IMG/VR virus record: IMGVR_UViG_3300032144_000385
Span: 4,766-68,765 of that record
Strand: one strand, 5' to 3'
Length of the DNA: 64,000 bases
DNA from: a virus
Below, one piece after another: positions 17,944 to 26,375 of this stretch. The first letter of the stretch is position 1, and each line of letters opens with the position of its first letter. The translations under genes were made by a program, and so were the position numbers. The notes below the pieces were generated by a model. It was not told where the DNA came from and did no database searches. It was given only the letters and a program-made list of their open reading frames with translations.

Positions 17944-18364
17944 GGGATCGGGAGGAGAGGAGGCGGGGGAGCTCTCGACGCATCTCGGCGCGGTCGGCCC
18001 ACCGGGCCACCGCGGCGGCGCGGAGCTCGGGGACGGGGACGCGGCCCAGGATTCTAGCAGCCACGCCGCCCTCCAGGAGGAGGACCTCCTTCTCCTGGAC
18101 GGACTCGATCAGCACGTAAGTCTCGCCACCGACCCGACTTCGGCGCAGGTGGCGGACCTTCTGCTCGGGGGTCCAGTGCTCCACGCGGACGGGGGTGTTC
18201 CGGTTGGCCGGCCAGCGCGTGAGGGACTTCAGCTCGAGCCAGCCCTCGGCGTAGTTCACGTCCGGGGTGCCAGGCAGGGCGGGGTTCTCGACGGCGATGG
18301 CGTCGAGGGCCGCGAGGCACGCGACGACGACCCGCCGGAGGCTGCTACGCTCCCGAGCGGGCAC
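17921..18364 (-). CDS. PD-(D/E)xK nuclease (VRR-NUC/Holliday junction resolvase-like)
   Basis: VEN...PGTPDV...WLELK...EQ. Confidence 0.85.
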   Translation of the reverse strand: MPARERSSLRRVVVACLAALDAIAVENPALPGTPDVNYAEGWLELKSLTRWPANRNTPVRVEHWTPEQKVRHLRRSRVGGETYVLIESVQEKEVLLLEGGVAARILGRVPVPELRAAAVARWADRAEMRRELPRLLSSRSRDFPDDP

Positions 18365-18527
18365 GGCACGCCTCTAGGAACGCGCGGATGTCGGCCGCGA
18401 GGCCCGTCTCAGACTCGGGGGGTACGCAGGACGCGACGGCGAACTCCGCGTCCAGCATGCGCTGCAGCTGCTCCGCGTGGCGCGCGCACTGCTCGATCGC
18501 GCGGCCCTCGAGCTCGACGGGGCTCAC
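18345..18527 (-). CDS. hypothetical protein
   Basis: Track ORF, coupled. Confidence 0.55.
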   Translation of the reverse strand: MSPVELEGRAIEQCARHAEQLQRMLDAEFAVASCVPPESETGLAADIRAFLEACRARSGA

Positions 18528-18685
18528 GACAGCTTGAACGCCACGCTGGCGCGCAGGGGGCCGACGGCGAGGTCGAGGTGCAGGCTGCCGCCCCGGCGCG
18601 CGACATACACGCCGACGAGGAAGCAGCCCGGGTCGAGCCCGAGGCTCGCCGAGCCGCCGGGCGTGTGGAAGGTGCGGGTGATCAC
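18524..18685 (-). CDS. hypothetical protein
   Basis: MITRTFHTPGGSASLGLDPG...; GTGA overlaps. Confidence 0.5.
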   Translation of the reverse strand: MITRTFHTPGGSASLGLDPGCFLVGVYVARRGGSLHLDLAVGPLRASVAFKLS

Positions 18686-18870
18686 GGGGAGGGGGTCTCC
18701 GAGAAGATGCCGTCGCTCACGATGCGGTCGACGACGTCGCAGATGGACAGGATGTGGGTCTTGCAGAGGCCGACGATCCTCGGCCCGGTGGTCGTGTAGA
18801 ACACGACGTCGAGGGCCGGCGGCGCGCCGCACCTGACGCAGGGTGTCGGGAGCAGGAGTACGGGGATCAC
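18682..18870 (-). CDS. small Zn-finger protein
   Basis: PCVRCG...LCKTH; GTG overlaps the polA stop. Confidence 0.55.
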   Translation of the reverse strand: MIPVLLLPTPCVRCGAPPALDVVFYTTTGPRIVGLCKTHILSICDVVDRIVSDGIFSETPSP

Positions 18871-20852
18871 TCGACCTCGCCCCAGCTTCGGCCGTGCTCG
18901 GGCTTGACCAGGTGGGGCACGCTGCAGGGTACCGCGTTCAGCATGATCTCCGCAAGCTGAATCGAGGTTCGGCGGTCGCCGACCGAGAGGTCGAGCTCGT
19001 CGTGGACCTGGAGCTGCAGCGCGATCCCGGCCTCGTCCGCGTCGACCATGGCCCGCTTGATCTGGTCGGCGCTCGAGCCCTGCACGACGCGGTTCGTCGC
19101 CTTGTGGGTCCAGTCGTAGCCCGGCCGGCCGTCGCGGTGGCGCGGGAAGCGGCACACGCGCCCGAGCACGGTGCGGACGTAGCCCTGGCGCTTGGCGACC
19201 TTCTCGGTCTCCTGGTTCAGCTCGCGGATGAACGGCGCGCCGCGGTGGAAGTCGTCCATCACCGCCTGGCCCTCGTCGCCCGCGACCTCGATGTAGCGGC
19301 CGCTCCTGGTCTCGACCCAGCGCGTGGGCTTGCCGAGCTGCCGGCAGAGCTTGGGGCCGCCCATGCCGTACGCGATCCCGAGGTAGACGGTCTTGGTGCG
19401 CTCCTTGCCCTCGTCGCCGGACCAGCCGATGCGGTCGCGCAGCACCTCGTAGAGCTTGGTCGCGGGGTCGCGCCGGAAGGCGTCGCGCATCTCGGCCGCG
19501 CCGGTGCAGCGCGTCTCCGCGGCGAAGTGGATGAGCCAGCGCGGCTCCTGCGCGCTGTAGTCGAGGCACGCCCACTCGGCCCCCTCGTCGGCGAGGTAGG
19601 CCTTGCGCCAGATCGCGCCGATTGCGGGGTCGCGGACCGGCTGGTTCTGGAGGCTCGGGTCGGTGGCCGACACGCGGCCGCTGATCGTGCCCTCGTCGTC
19701 GTCCGAGGCGTCGTCCTTCGCGCGCTTGACCTGGTTGAACGTGCAGTGCACGCGGCCGCGGACCTGGTGGTCCCGCAGCTGCTGGACGTAGGTCGTGCGC
19801 AGCTTGGAGAACCGGCGCGCGCGCAGGTACAGGTCCACCGCGGGGTGGTGCAGCGCGCGCAGCTTCGGCGCCTTGAGCTCGTGCTTGTTCGTCTCCGTGC
19901 GCCCGAGCTTCAGGCCCAGGGCCGACTCGATCAGCGGGCCGACCACGGCCGACTTCGCGAGGTCGGAGGGCTGCAGGCGGCGCCCGACCGCGGTCGAGAA
20001 GGCCGCGCAGGCGTCCTCCTCCTCGCGGAGGCAGCGCGCCTCGACGACGTCGAGGTGCGGCAGGTCCACGCGCACCCCGCGGCGGCGCATGCCGAGCAGG
20101 ACCGGCAGGAGGCGGGACTCGAGGTCCCAGAGCGAGCGCAGGCTCGCCGCCCGGCCGGACGCCACGCGCGCGTCGGCCGAGTCGGTGGCCGCGAGCCGCC
20201 GCTCCTGGGCCTCGAGGATCTCGAGCGGCCGGAGCGCGTCGACCTCGGCGTAGGGGCCGACGTGGCGCGAGGGCAAGCGCCAGATGTGGGCCTTGGGGTT
20301 CCACTTCCGGTTGCCGCGGCGCTCGCCGGCGCAGAAGTGCCGCGCCGCCTGGTCGAGGAGCGCCTCGTCCTTCCCGGCGAGGCCGTTCCGCTCGGCCACG
20401 GCCTGCAGCGAGTAGGAGAACTGGAGCTCGTCGAGCAGGGGCTCGAGCACCTGGATGTCCCGGAACCGGCGCGGCCGGAACCGGACCCCGGCCTCCTCGA
20501 GGTAGTCGAGGTCGTAGGGCAGGTTCGCCCCGACGATCTCGGCCGCGTTCTCGGTCGCCGCGGCCTGGTCGCGGAGGTACGCGAGCACGGCCTCCGGGTC
20601 GAGGTTACCGCCGCCCTCGTGGCGGATCGGGAGGTACCACCCGCGGCGCGCCTCGCCGGGCCGGTCGATCGAGAACGAGATCCCGACCACGTAGCCCCCG
20701 CGGCGCACCCCGATCCCGAGGTCGTCGCCGATGCTGTCGTCGCGGGTCTCCGTGTCGATCGAGACGCGGGTCGCCCCGCGCCAGGAGGGCAGCGAGGAGA
20801 GCTCCGGCGGCCGCCACCCGGTGACCGGGGCGAAGAGGCGCAGCTGGACCAC
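18867..20852 (-). CDS. polA: family A DNA polymerase with 3'-5' exonuclease domain
   Basis: Exo I SIDTET; motif A LDYSAQEPR; motif B RTKTVYLGIAYGMG; NRVVQGSSAD; motif C LQVHDEL. Confidence 0.97.
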   Translation of the reverse strand: MVQLRLFAPVTGWRPPELSSLPSWRGATRVSIDTETRDDSIGDDLGIGVRRGGYVVGISFSIDRPGEARRGWYLPIRHEGGGNLDPEAVLAYLRDQAAATENAAEIVGANLPYDLDYLEEAGVRFRPRRFRDIQVLEPLLDELQFSYSLQAVAERNGLAGKDEALLDQAARHFCAGERRGNRKWNPKAHIWRLPSRHVGPYAEVDALRPLEILEAQERRLAATDSADARVASGRAASLRSLWDLESRLLPVLLGMRRRGVRVDLPHLDVVEARCLREEEDACAAFSTAVGRRLQPSDLAKSAVVGPLIESALGLKLGRTETNKHELKAPKLRALHHPAVDLYLRARRFSKLRTTYVQQLRDHQVRGRVHCTFNQVKRAKDDASDDDEGTISGRVSATDPSLQNQPVRDPAIGAIWRKAYLADEGAEWACLDYSAQEPRWLIHFAAETRCTGAAEMRDAFRRDPATKLYEVLRDRIGWSGDEGKERTKTVYLGIAYGMGGPKLCRQLGKPTRWVETRSGRYIEVAGDEGQAVMDDFHRGAPFIRELNQETEKVAKRQGYVRTVLGRVCRFPRHRDGRPGYDWTHKATNRVVQGSSADQIKRAMVDADEAGIALQLQVHDELDLSVGDRRTSIQLAEIMLNAVPCSVPHLVKPEHGRSWGEVE

Positions 20853-20855
20853 GGG

Positions 20856-21077
20856 TCAGGCCTCCCAGACCGTGCCGACCACGAGCTCCACGAACTCCCG
20901 GTCGGAGATCGGGGTCGCGTCGGCCTCGTAGAGGAAGACCCCGGCCGCGTCGCGCCGGTGCACGTAGATCGTCCCGAACCAGCGGGACTCGTTGAACTCG
21001 ATCGGCGCCGGCTCGAGTCGCAGCACGTCCGGGAGCTCGCGCCCGGTGGCCACGTCCACGAGGCGGGCGCGCGTCAT
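20856..21077 (-). CDS. hypothetical protein
   Basis: MTRARLVDVATGRELPDVL... Confidence 0.55.
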   Translation of the reverse strand: MTRARLVDVATGRELPDVLRLEPAPIEFNESRWFGTIYVHRRDAAGVFLYEADATPISDREFVELVVGTVWEA

Positions 21078-21106
21078 GCCGCCGTGGGTCACGAGGCGGA
21101 GGGTTC

Positions 21107-21853
21107 TCAACCGAACACGTCCCCGCCGTCGAGCTCCGGGGCCTCGGCGCGGCGCACGTACTCCTCGATGGACTCCTGGCCGCCGCAGAGGCCGCGCTGG
21201 TCGCACGTCCGGCAGGCGTCGCCCTCCCAGACGTCGCCGGGCTCGGCGCCGCCGGCGATCTCCTTCATGATGGAGGCCTCGTCGAGCAGGTTCGACCACT
21301 CCGCGCGGCAGCGCTCGGCCGGGATCTCGGCGTGCACCTCGCGCGCCGGCCCGAGGCCCGGCTCGACCGGGATCTGGTTGTGCCGCACCACGACGGGCCG
21401 GGAGAACCCGGTCGCGCGCGAGAGGATGGCCGCGTAGCAGAGCATCTGCGCGTCCTCGCCGATCCATCGCCGGGCGCCGGGGCGGCCGCTCGCGAGGTAG
21501 GCGCGGCCGGAGGCCGCGAAGGTCTTGTGGTCGTGCACCTCGGGGACCAGGGTGCCGGGGTCGAGGTACAGCGCGTCGACCTTGCCGGCGATCTCGAAGG
21601 CGCCCTCGGACGACTGGACCTTGACCTCGACCAGGGGCGGCGGCTCGAGGCGCAGGACGGGGCGCGCGACCTCGAGGATCGGGTCGGCCCGGTCGTGGTC
21701 CCTGCCCCCGAGCACCGCGGCGAGGAGCGCGTGGACCCGGTCGCCGCGGCCGCGGCGGTTCCGCCGGACCTCGGGGAGCCGCATCACGTACTTCCAGTAC
21801 CAGGCGCGGGGGCACTTCCTGAACAGGACGTGCTGGGAGGGGGAGGTGCGCAA
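21107..21853 (-). CDS. Cas4/RecB-like PD-(D/E)xK exonuclease
   Basis: SPSQ...CPRAWY, G..VH, GKVD, DHKT, QMLCY, CRTC...C. Confidence 0.9.
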   Translation of the reverse strand: MRTSPSQHVLFRKCPRAWYWKYVMRLPEVRRNRRGRGDRVHALLAAVLGGRDHDRADPILEVARPVLRLEPPPLVEVKVQSSEGAFEIAGKVDALYLDPGTLVPEVHDHKTFAASGRAYLASGRPGARRWIGEDAQMLCYAAILSRATGFSRPVVVRHNQIPVEPGLGPAREVHAEIPAERCRAEWSNLLDEASIMKEIAGGAEPGDVWEGDACRTCDQRGLCGGQESIEEYVRRAEAPELDGGDVFG

Positions 21854-21857
21854 CGGG

Positions 21858-23132
21858 TCACTTTCCGCTGCCGCCGGCCAGCACGCCGTCGCGCCAGACG
21901 CGGAGCTTGTCGGCCTCGGGGCCGGTCGGGGGAAGGGGGGTCGTCTCGAGCGGGTCGTTCAGGAGGTCGTACAGCTCCTCGACCCCGTCGGGGCGCGTCA
22001 GGAGCTTCCAGCGCCGGCCGATCGCCGCGCGGTCGAGGCGCGGCGGGGGCGACCAGGCGAACACGAACGGCCGCGGCCCGGGCACCGGCCCGAGGAACGT
22101 GGCGGCGAAGGAGAGGCCGTGCGAGAGGCCGCTCGCGGCGTCGGGGCGCGGCTGGATGTTGACGATGCGCGCCAGGGTCGGCAGGAGGTCGACGCCGACG
22201 TGCACGAGGGCCTGGCTCTCGCTCGGCACCACCCCCGGGCCGCGGACGATCAGCGGGACGCGGATCCCGTCCTCGTAGCAGGTCAGCTTCACGCGCGCGG
22301 GGTCCTGCTCGGGGCGGGTCGCGACGGTGTCGGCCGGGTCCTGGCCGGGGACGATTCCCGGGGTCCCGTTGTCGCCGAGGAAGACGATCCAGGTCGAGGG
22401 CCCGACCAGGGCCGCGATCTGGCCCACGGCCACGTCGAGGCCGGCGATCTCGGCCTCGTAGGCCTCGCGGTTCGTGCAGGGGACGTGCGGGCACTGCGGG
22501 TAGCCCGGCGGCAGGATCGAGGGCGGCGGGCGCTTGAACGGCGCGTGCCCGGCCGCGAAGTTCACGATGGCGAAGCGGGGCGAGGGGGTCTCGGTCCACC
22601 ACTGGACGAAGGCGTCCCGGCAGGCGATCGTCTCGTCCCCGCCGGCGGAGGGCGAGGCGACCCCGTCGTCGAGGCGGACCACGCCGCAGGACTCCCCGAC
22701 CGGGCGGCCGTTCAGGACCCGGTCGTAGCCCTCGAGCTCCGGGGCGAGCTGCCAGTCCCCGACCTCGGGGACGCCGAGGTGCCACTTGCCGATGTGGGCG
22801 GTGTTGTAGCCCTGGCCGTCCAGGACCTCGGCGATCGAGAGGTCGTTCGGGTCCCGGGAGACCGAGACCGGCAGGGCGCAGGCGTCCCCGCGGAAGACGC
22901 CGAGCCAGCGCGAGCGGTCCATGCTGTCGCGCGTCGGGGCGCACCAGCCGTGGGAGTAGGCGCGGCGGTACCGCACCCCCTCGGCCGCCAGGGCGTCGAG
23001 GCTCGGGGTCCATCCGGCCGCGGACACGTCGTCGATGTCCGAGTCGGCGATGTCGTCTCCGACGATGATCACGATGTCCGGCCGCGCGGGGGCGGCCTGC
23101 AGGAGGGCCAGGAGCAGGGCGGCGAGGATCAT
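21858..23132 (-). CDS. secreted Cys-type (formylglycine-dependent) sulfatase
   Basis: Signal peptide; PDIVIIVGDD; TPSLDALAAEG; CAPTR; GKWH; H.PF; GDN; K..YEDGIRVPLIVRGPG; DLLPT; ELYDL..DPLE. Confidence 0.9.
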   Translation of the reverse strand: MILAALLLALLQAAPARPDIVIIVGDDIADSDIDDVSAAGWTPSLDALAAEGVRYRRAYSHGWCAPTRDSMDRSRWLGVFRGDACALPVSVSRDPNDLSIAEVLDGQGYNTAHIGKWHLGVPEVGDWQLAPELEGYDRVLNGRPVGESCGVVRLDDGVASPSAGGDETIACRDAFVQWWTETPSPRFAIVNFAAGHAPFKRPPPSILPPGYPQCPHVPCTNREAYEAEIAGLDVAVGQIAALVGPSTWIVFLGDNGTPGIVPGQDPADTVATRPEQDPARVKLTCYEDGIRVPLIVRGPGVVPSESQALVHVGVDLLPTLARIVNIQPRPDAASGLSHGLSFAATFLGPVPGPRPFVFAWSPPPRLDRAAIGRRWKLLTRPDGVEELYDLLNDPLETTPLPPTGPEADKLRVWRDGVLAGGSGK

Positions 23133-23141
23133 GTCCCCAGC

Positions 23142-23762
23142 CTAGCGGGCCGGCGCGCGGCGGTAAAGGCGGCGGTAGAAGCGTACGACCTGGTCCGCCT
23201 GCACGGCGGCGTCGTCGAGGGCCGAGTGCTTGACCAGGGGCGAGGTCTCGAGCACCTCGGCCCAGCCGTCCTGGCCGGACTGCATCGCGGCCTTGGCCGC
23301 GGCGATCACGGTGCGGAGGTCCTGCTCGTTCCGGTGCTGCCAGGGCTCGTCGACCCCGAACTTCGCCAGCTGGGCGCGCAGGGTCACGAGGTCGTACTGC
23401 GGCGGCTTCGCCCACACGGTGAGCTCGGCGTCGCGGCCGTTTATCGTCCGCAGCGACGCGGCGAACGCCGCCAGGAAGGCGCGGTAGTCGTCGTGCCGCG
23501 GCTCGCGGATCAGCGCCTCGCGCGCGTCCTGCGACTGGGCGAGCCACCACTCGACGGTGTCGGCGTTGACCTCGAGCCCGGCGCGCGACGCCGCCCCGAG
23601 CGAGCACCGGACCTCGACCCAGTACGCGGCCGGGGCGACGGAGCAGTCGTCGGGGTGGATCTGGAAGGGCACGACGCCGATCGAGAGGACCGCGGCGCTC
23701 GGCCCGTGGCCCATCGTCTCGACGTCGATCATCACGTTGCGGTAGCGGGAGGGCGCGGTCAA
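23142..23762 (-). CDS. DEDDh 3'-5' exonuclease (RNase AS/ExoVIII N-terminal-like)
   Basis: MIDVET...SIG...TVEWW...WAK..YDL...D.RT...HSALDDA. Confidence 0.9.
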   Translation of the reverse strand: MTAPSRYRNVMIDVETMGHGPSAAVLSIGVVPFQIHPDDCSVAPAAYWVEVRCSLGAASRAGLEVNADTVEWWLAQSQDAREALIREPRHDDYRAFLAAFAASLRTINGRDAELTVWAKPPQYDLVTLRAQLAKFGVDEPWQHRNEQDLRTVIAAAKAAMQSGQDGWAEVLETSPLVKHSALDDAAVQADQVVRFYRRLYRRAPAR

Positions 23763-24109
23763 CGGGAGGCCTTCTGCTGGGCTCGCCAGCGAACGAGGTC
23801 CCTGATGTCGGCGAAGACGGGGATCCGGGCGGCGCGCGCCGCTGCCACCTCGGCGCGGGCGCCGGAGGAGCGCTCCCAGTCCGAGGTGAGCAGGACGGCG
23901 TCGCAGCGGCGCAGGATCTCGAGGTCGCCCTCGAGCCACACCTCGTCGGGCGCGGCGCCCTGGAAGAACCGCGTGTTCGTGTGCGGGCAGATAACCGCGA
24001 ACCCGGCGCGCCACGCCTCGAGCGCGAGGCGCTCGGCGCGGCGGATGTTCTCCTCGATGTCCCATGCGGAGGGGCCGCGGAACGGCCCTGCGATGTAGAC
24101 GACCCTCAC
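23759..24109 (-). CDS. nucleoside 2-deoxyribosyltransferase-like protein (DUF4406/DUF1937)
   Basis: VYIAGP...ICPH...RRCDAVLL...WERSSGARAE. Confidence 0.85.
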   Translation of the reverse strand: MRVVYIAGPFRGPSAWDIEENIRRAERLALEAWRAGFAVICPHTNTRFFQGAAPDEVWLEGDLEILRRCDAVLLTSDWERSSGARAEVAAARAARIPVFADIRDLVRWRAQQKASR

Positions 24110-24453
24110 GGCGCGAACTCGAAGGTGCGTCGAACCCGGCCGTCGCCGAGCTCGAGGAGGACCGGGGCGAGACCCTCGTCCCCGGAGTACATGCAGCCCC
24201 AGCCCCGCGTGGGGCCGGAGGCGACGACGCCGTCGGCCGCCTCGGGGCGGTTCAGGTTGAACCGGCCGATGCAGCTGAAGGCGAAGTAGCGGTCGGCCTC
24301 GGGGACGCCGATGTCCTTGAGGTCCTTGTAGCGCTGCACCTGGCCGCACGCGGGGCAGGCGAATCGCCAGAGGCGCGCGTCCGCGGTGTTGAACCGGGCC
24401 GCGCCCTCGGCCTGCCACTCGGCGAGGGTCAGGGGACGGAGGGTGTCAGCCAC
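24106..24453 (-). CDS. VVA0879-family phage protein
   Basis: EW.AEG..RF...WRFACPACG...SCIGRF...GC.Y. Confidence 0.7.
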   Translation of the reverse strand: MADTLRPLTLAEWQAEGAARFNTADARLWRFACPACGQVQRYKDLKDIGVPEADRYFAFSCIGRFNLNRPEAADGVVASGPTRGWGCMYSGDEGLAPVLLELGDGRVRRTFEFAP

Positions 24454-24790
24454 GATCGTCGACCTGCTCGGCGTTCCGCGCGTAGCCGCACACGTCCACG
24501 AGGTTGTCGCGCTTCGGCGCGTTCGCGTCGCGCGAGACCTTCAGGAGGATCATCATCATGCAGACGTCGCGGGCGCCGAGCGCCTGCGTGATCCCGTACT
24601 TCCGCCGCAGGTACGCGGTCCAGAGCTCGGCCGTGTTCCCGTGGTTGTCGGACGGGTGGCCGTAGTAGCGCTGCCGGTCGCCGGCCGTCACGCGCGCGGC
24701 CTCGGCGAGGACGGACTCCGGCGGCGGGGCGAACTGCTCGGGGAGCATGGTCCGCGCGTCGAAGTCGGAGGGCTGGGAAGAGAGCGGCAT
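24446..24790 (-). CDS. DUF6378 family protein
   Basis: GDRQRYYGHP.DN...AELW...DVCMMMILLKVSR...DNLVDVCGYA. Confidence 0.85.
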   Translation of the reverse strand: MPLSSQPSDFDARTMLPEQFAPPPESVLAEAARVTAGDRQRYYGHPSDNHGNTAELWTAYLRRKYGITQALGARDVCMMMILLKVSRDANAPKRDNLVDVCGYARNAEQVDDRG

Positions 24791-24825
24791 GAGGTTTTAG
24801 TAGGTCGTCATTGGAAAAGTTCTCC

Positions 24826-25071
24826 TTAGCGGTCCTCCGGCACCGACGTCGTAATCCGCTTCAGGCGGCACACGTCGCAGGGACACTCCCCGGGGCGGAG
24901 GAAGCGGAAGTCCACCTCGCCCGTGCGCTGGTCGATCGTCCGCTCGGCGACGCCGGCCTCGATCGCCTCGACCCTCAGTCCGGCGCGACCGACGTTGTAG
25001 CCGAGGAAGCCGCCGAGCCCGAAGAATATGGCCACCCAGACCAGGCACACGCCCACGCTGTCGTCGCTCAC
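24826..25071 (-). CDS. small membrane-anchored protein
   Basis: MSDDSVGVCLVWVAIFFGLGGFLGY...; GTGA overlap. Confidence 0.55.
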   Translation of the reverse strand: MSDDSVGVCLVWVAIFFGLGGFLGYNVGRAGLRVEAIEAGVAERTIDQRTGEVDFRFLRPGECPCDVCRLKRITTSVPEDR

Positions 25072-25718
25072 GGTCGCTTCCTCCGAGGGATGATGTTCTC
25101 CAGGCTCTGCAGGTACGTCCGCCAGAACACCCAGTCGATCGCGGTGTGGAAGCCCCACGACCGGCGGTGCGGCCCCCAGAGGACCAGCGTCACCGTGCCG
25201 GGGTCGACCTCGACGATGCGGTGCGCGTCGGTGGCGCGGCGGAACGCGACGGAGAGGAGGCCGCGCCGCGCGGTCCGCGTCGGCATGCCGTGCACGGAGA
25301 GGCCGAGGTCGTAGCGGTTGCCCTCGAGCCGCAGCTCGTGCTCCACGGTCGCGGGGGCCGGCCGCTCCTCGACGTAGCCGCCGCGCAGCACGATCGACAC
25401 GAAGGACCGCGGGTGGTCGTGCATGTCGCGGCCCGGGTCCGGGGCGCGGATCAGGTGCACGCTCGCCTGCGCGAGGGGGCAGCGCGCGAGGTACAGCTTG
25501 GTCATGTAGTGGGCCCCGGCGAACCAGAGCTCCTGCCAGCGCCACGCGGCGTACCGCTGGTCGTCGCCGAGCTCGCGACGCTCGCCGCCCTGGACGAGCG
25601 AGAACCACGCGACGGCGATCAGGGACCAGACCGCCACCGGGACCGCGAGCTCGGTCGGGAGGAACGTCATCGCGGCAGCCGCGGAGAGCGAGGCCACGGA
25701 GAGCTGCAGGCGGCTCAC
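25068..25718 (-). CDS. membrane-anchored cupin-like protein
   Basis: N-terminal TM; PD..RDMHDHP..FVSIVLRGGYVE...HRI...TLVLWGP..RSWGF. Confidence 0.75.
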   Translation of the reverse strand: MSRLQLSVASLSAAAAMTFLPTELAVPVAVWSLIAVAWFSLVQGGERRELGDDQRYAAWRWQELWFAGAHYMTKLYLARCPLAQASVHLIRAPDPGRDMHDHPRSFVSIVLRGGYVEERPAPATVEHELRLEGNRYDLGLSVHGMPTRTARRGLLSVAFRRATDAHRIVEVDPGTVTLVLWGPHRRSWGFHTAIDWVFWRTYLQSLENIIPRRKRP

Positions 25719-25939
25719 GCCCCACGCTCCGGCCAGGCGACGAGGAGGTCGAGGCCCGCCGCCGCGGCGACGGCGACGAGGGTGCCGACGCGGGTCGAGC
25801 GCCGGCCGCCCTCGATGTTGGCCACGGTGCGCGCGTGCACCCCCGCGGCCGCGGCGAGCTCGGCCTGGGTCAGGTCGAGGTGCGCGCGCCGGCGACGCAG
25901 GCGGCGTCCGATCTCGGCGATCATCTCTCGGGGGCTCAT
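25715..25939 (-). CDS. XRE-family HTH regulator
   Basis: LTQAELAAAAGVHARTVANIEGG. Confidence 0.92.
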   Translation of the reverse strand: MSPREMIAEIGRRLRRRRAHLDLTQAELAAAAGVHARTVANIEGGRRSTRVGTLVAVAAAAGLDLLVAWPERGA

Positions 25940-26106
25940 CGGCGGTCCTTCCTCGCGCGGCCGCGCTCGGCGGCGCGGCGCATCCCGGCGCGAACGTCCA
26001 AGCCTACCCCGCGGAGGGCGGCCTCGAGCTGCTGACGGAGGTTCTTCGGGCCCATCGGGGCGTGGTCGCAGGGGCGGAGGCCGAGGAGGAAGGCGCGCTG
26101 GTTCAC
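25936..26106 (-). CDS. hypothetical protein
   Basis: MNQRAFLLGLRPCDHAP...; fills the gap with GTGA/ATGA overlaps. Confidence 0.45.
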   Translation of the reverse strand: MNQRAFLLGLRPCDHAPMGPKNLRQQLEAALRGVGLDVRAGMRRAAERGRARKDRR

Positions 26107-26375
26107 CGCCACGGGAGGAGCCTCCTCAGGCGGGCGAGGAGCCGCTGGGACGCGCGCGGCACGACCCGCACGTTGACCGCGCCGGCCAGGATCTCGACGC
26201 CCTTCGGGTAGACGGTGAGGTCCATCGTCGTCTGGTAGGTCTCGGCGTCCAGGTGCAGTGCCAGCGACTTGATCGGGATCAGGCTCGTGACGTCCTTCTC
26301 CCCGAGGAAGACCTGGAAGTCGGTGGTCGGCGTCGCGCCGATCTTGAAGAGGAGTCGCCCGGATGTGCTGCTCAT
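26103..26375 (-). CDS. hypothetical protein
   Basis: Track ORF, coupled. Confidence 0.65.
   Translation of the reverse strand: MSSTSGRLLFKIGATPTTDFQVFLGEKDVTSLIPIKSLALHLDAETYQTTMDLTVYPKGVEILAGAVNVRVVPRASQRLLARLRRLLPWR

Noticed and set aside
18051-18080. Promoter with TAGAAT -10 upstream of the primase
   Set aside because: No -35 match and it lies inside a CDS; insufficient support
23759-24790. Z-genome (2-aminoadenine) or 7-deazaguanine pathway
   Set aside because: No PurZ, DatZ, QueC/D/E, FolE or DpdA recognisable
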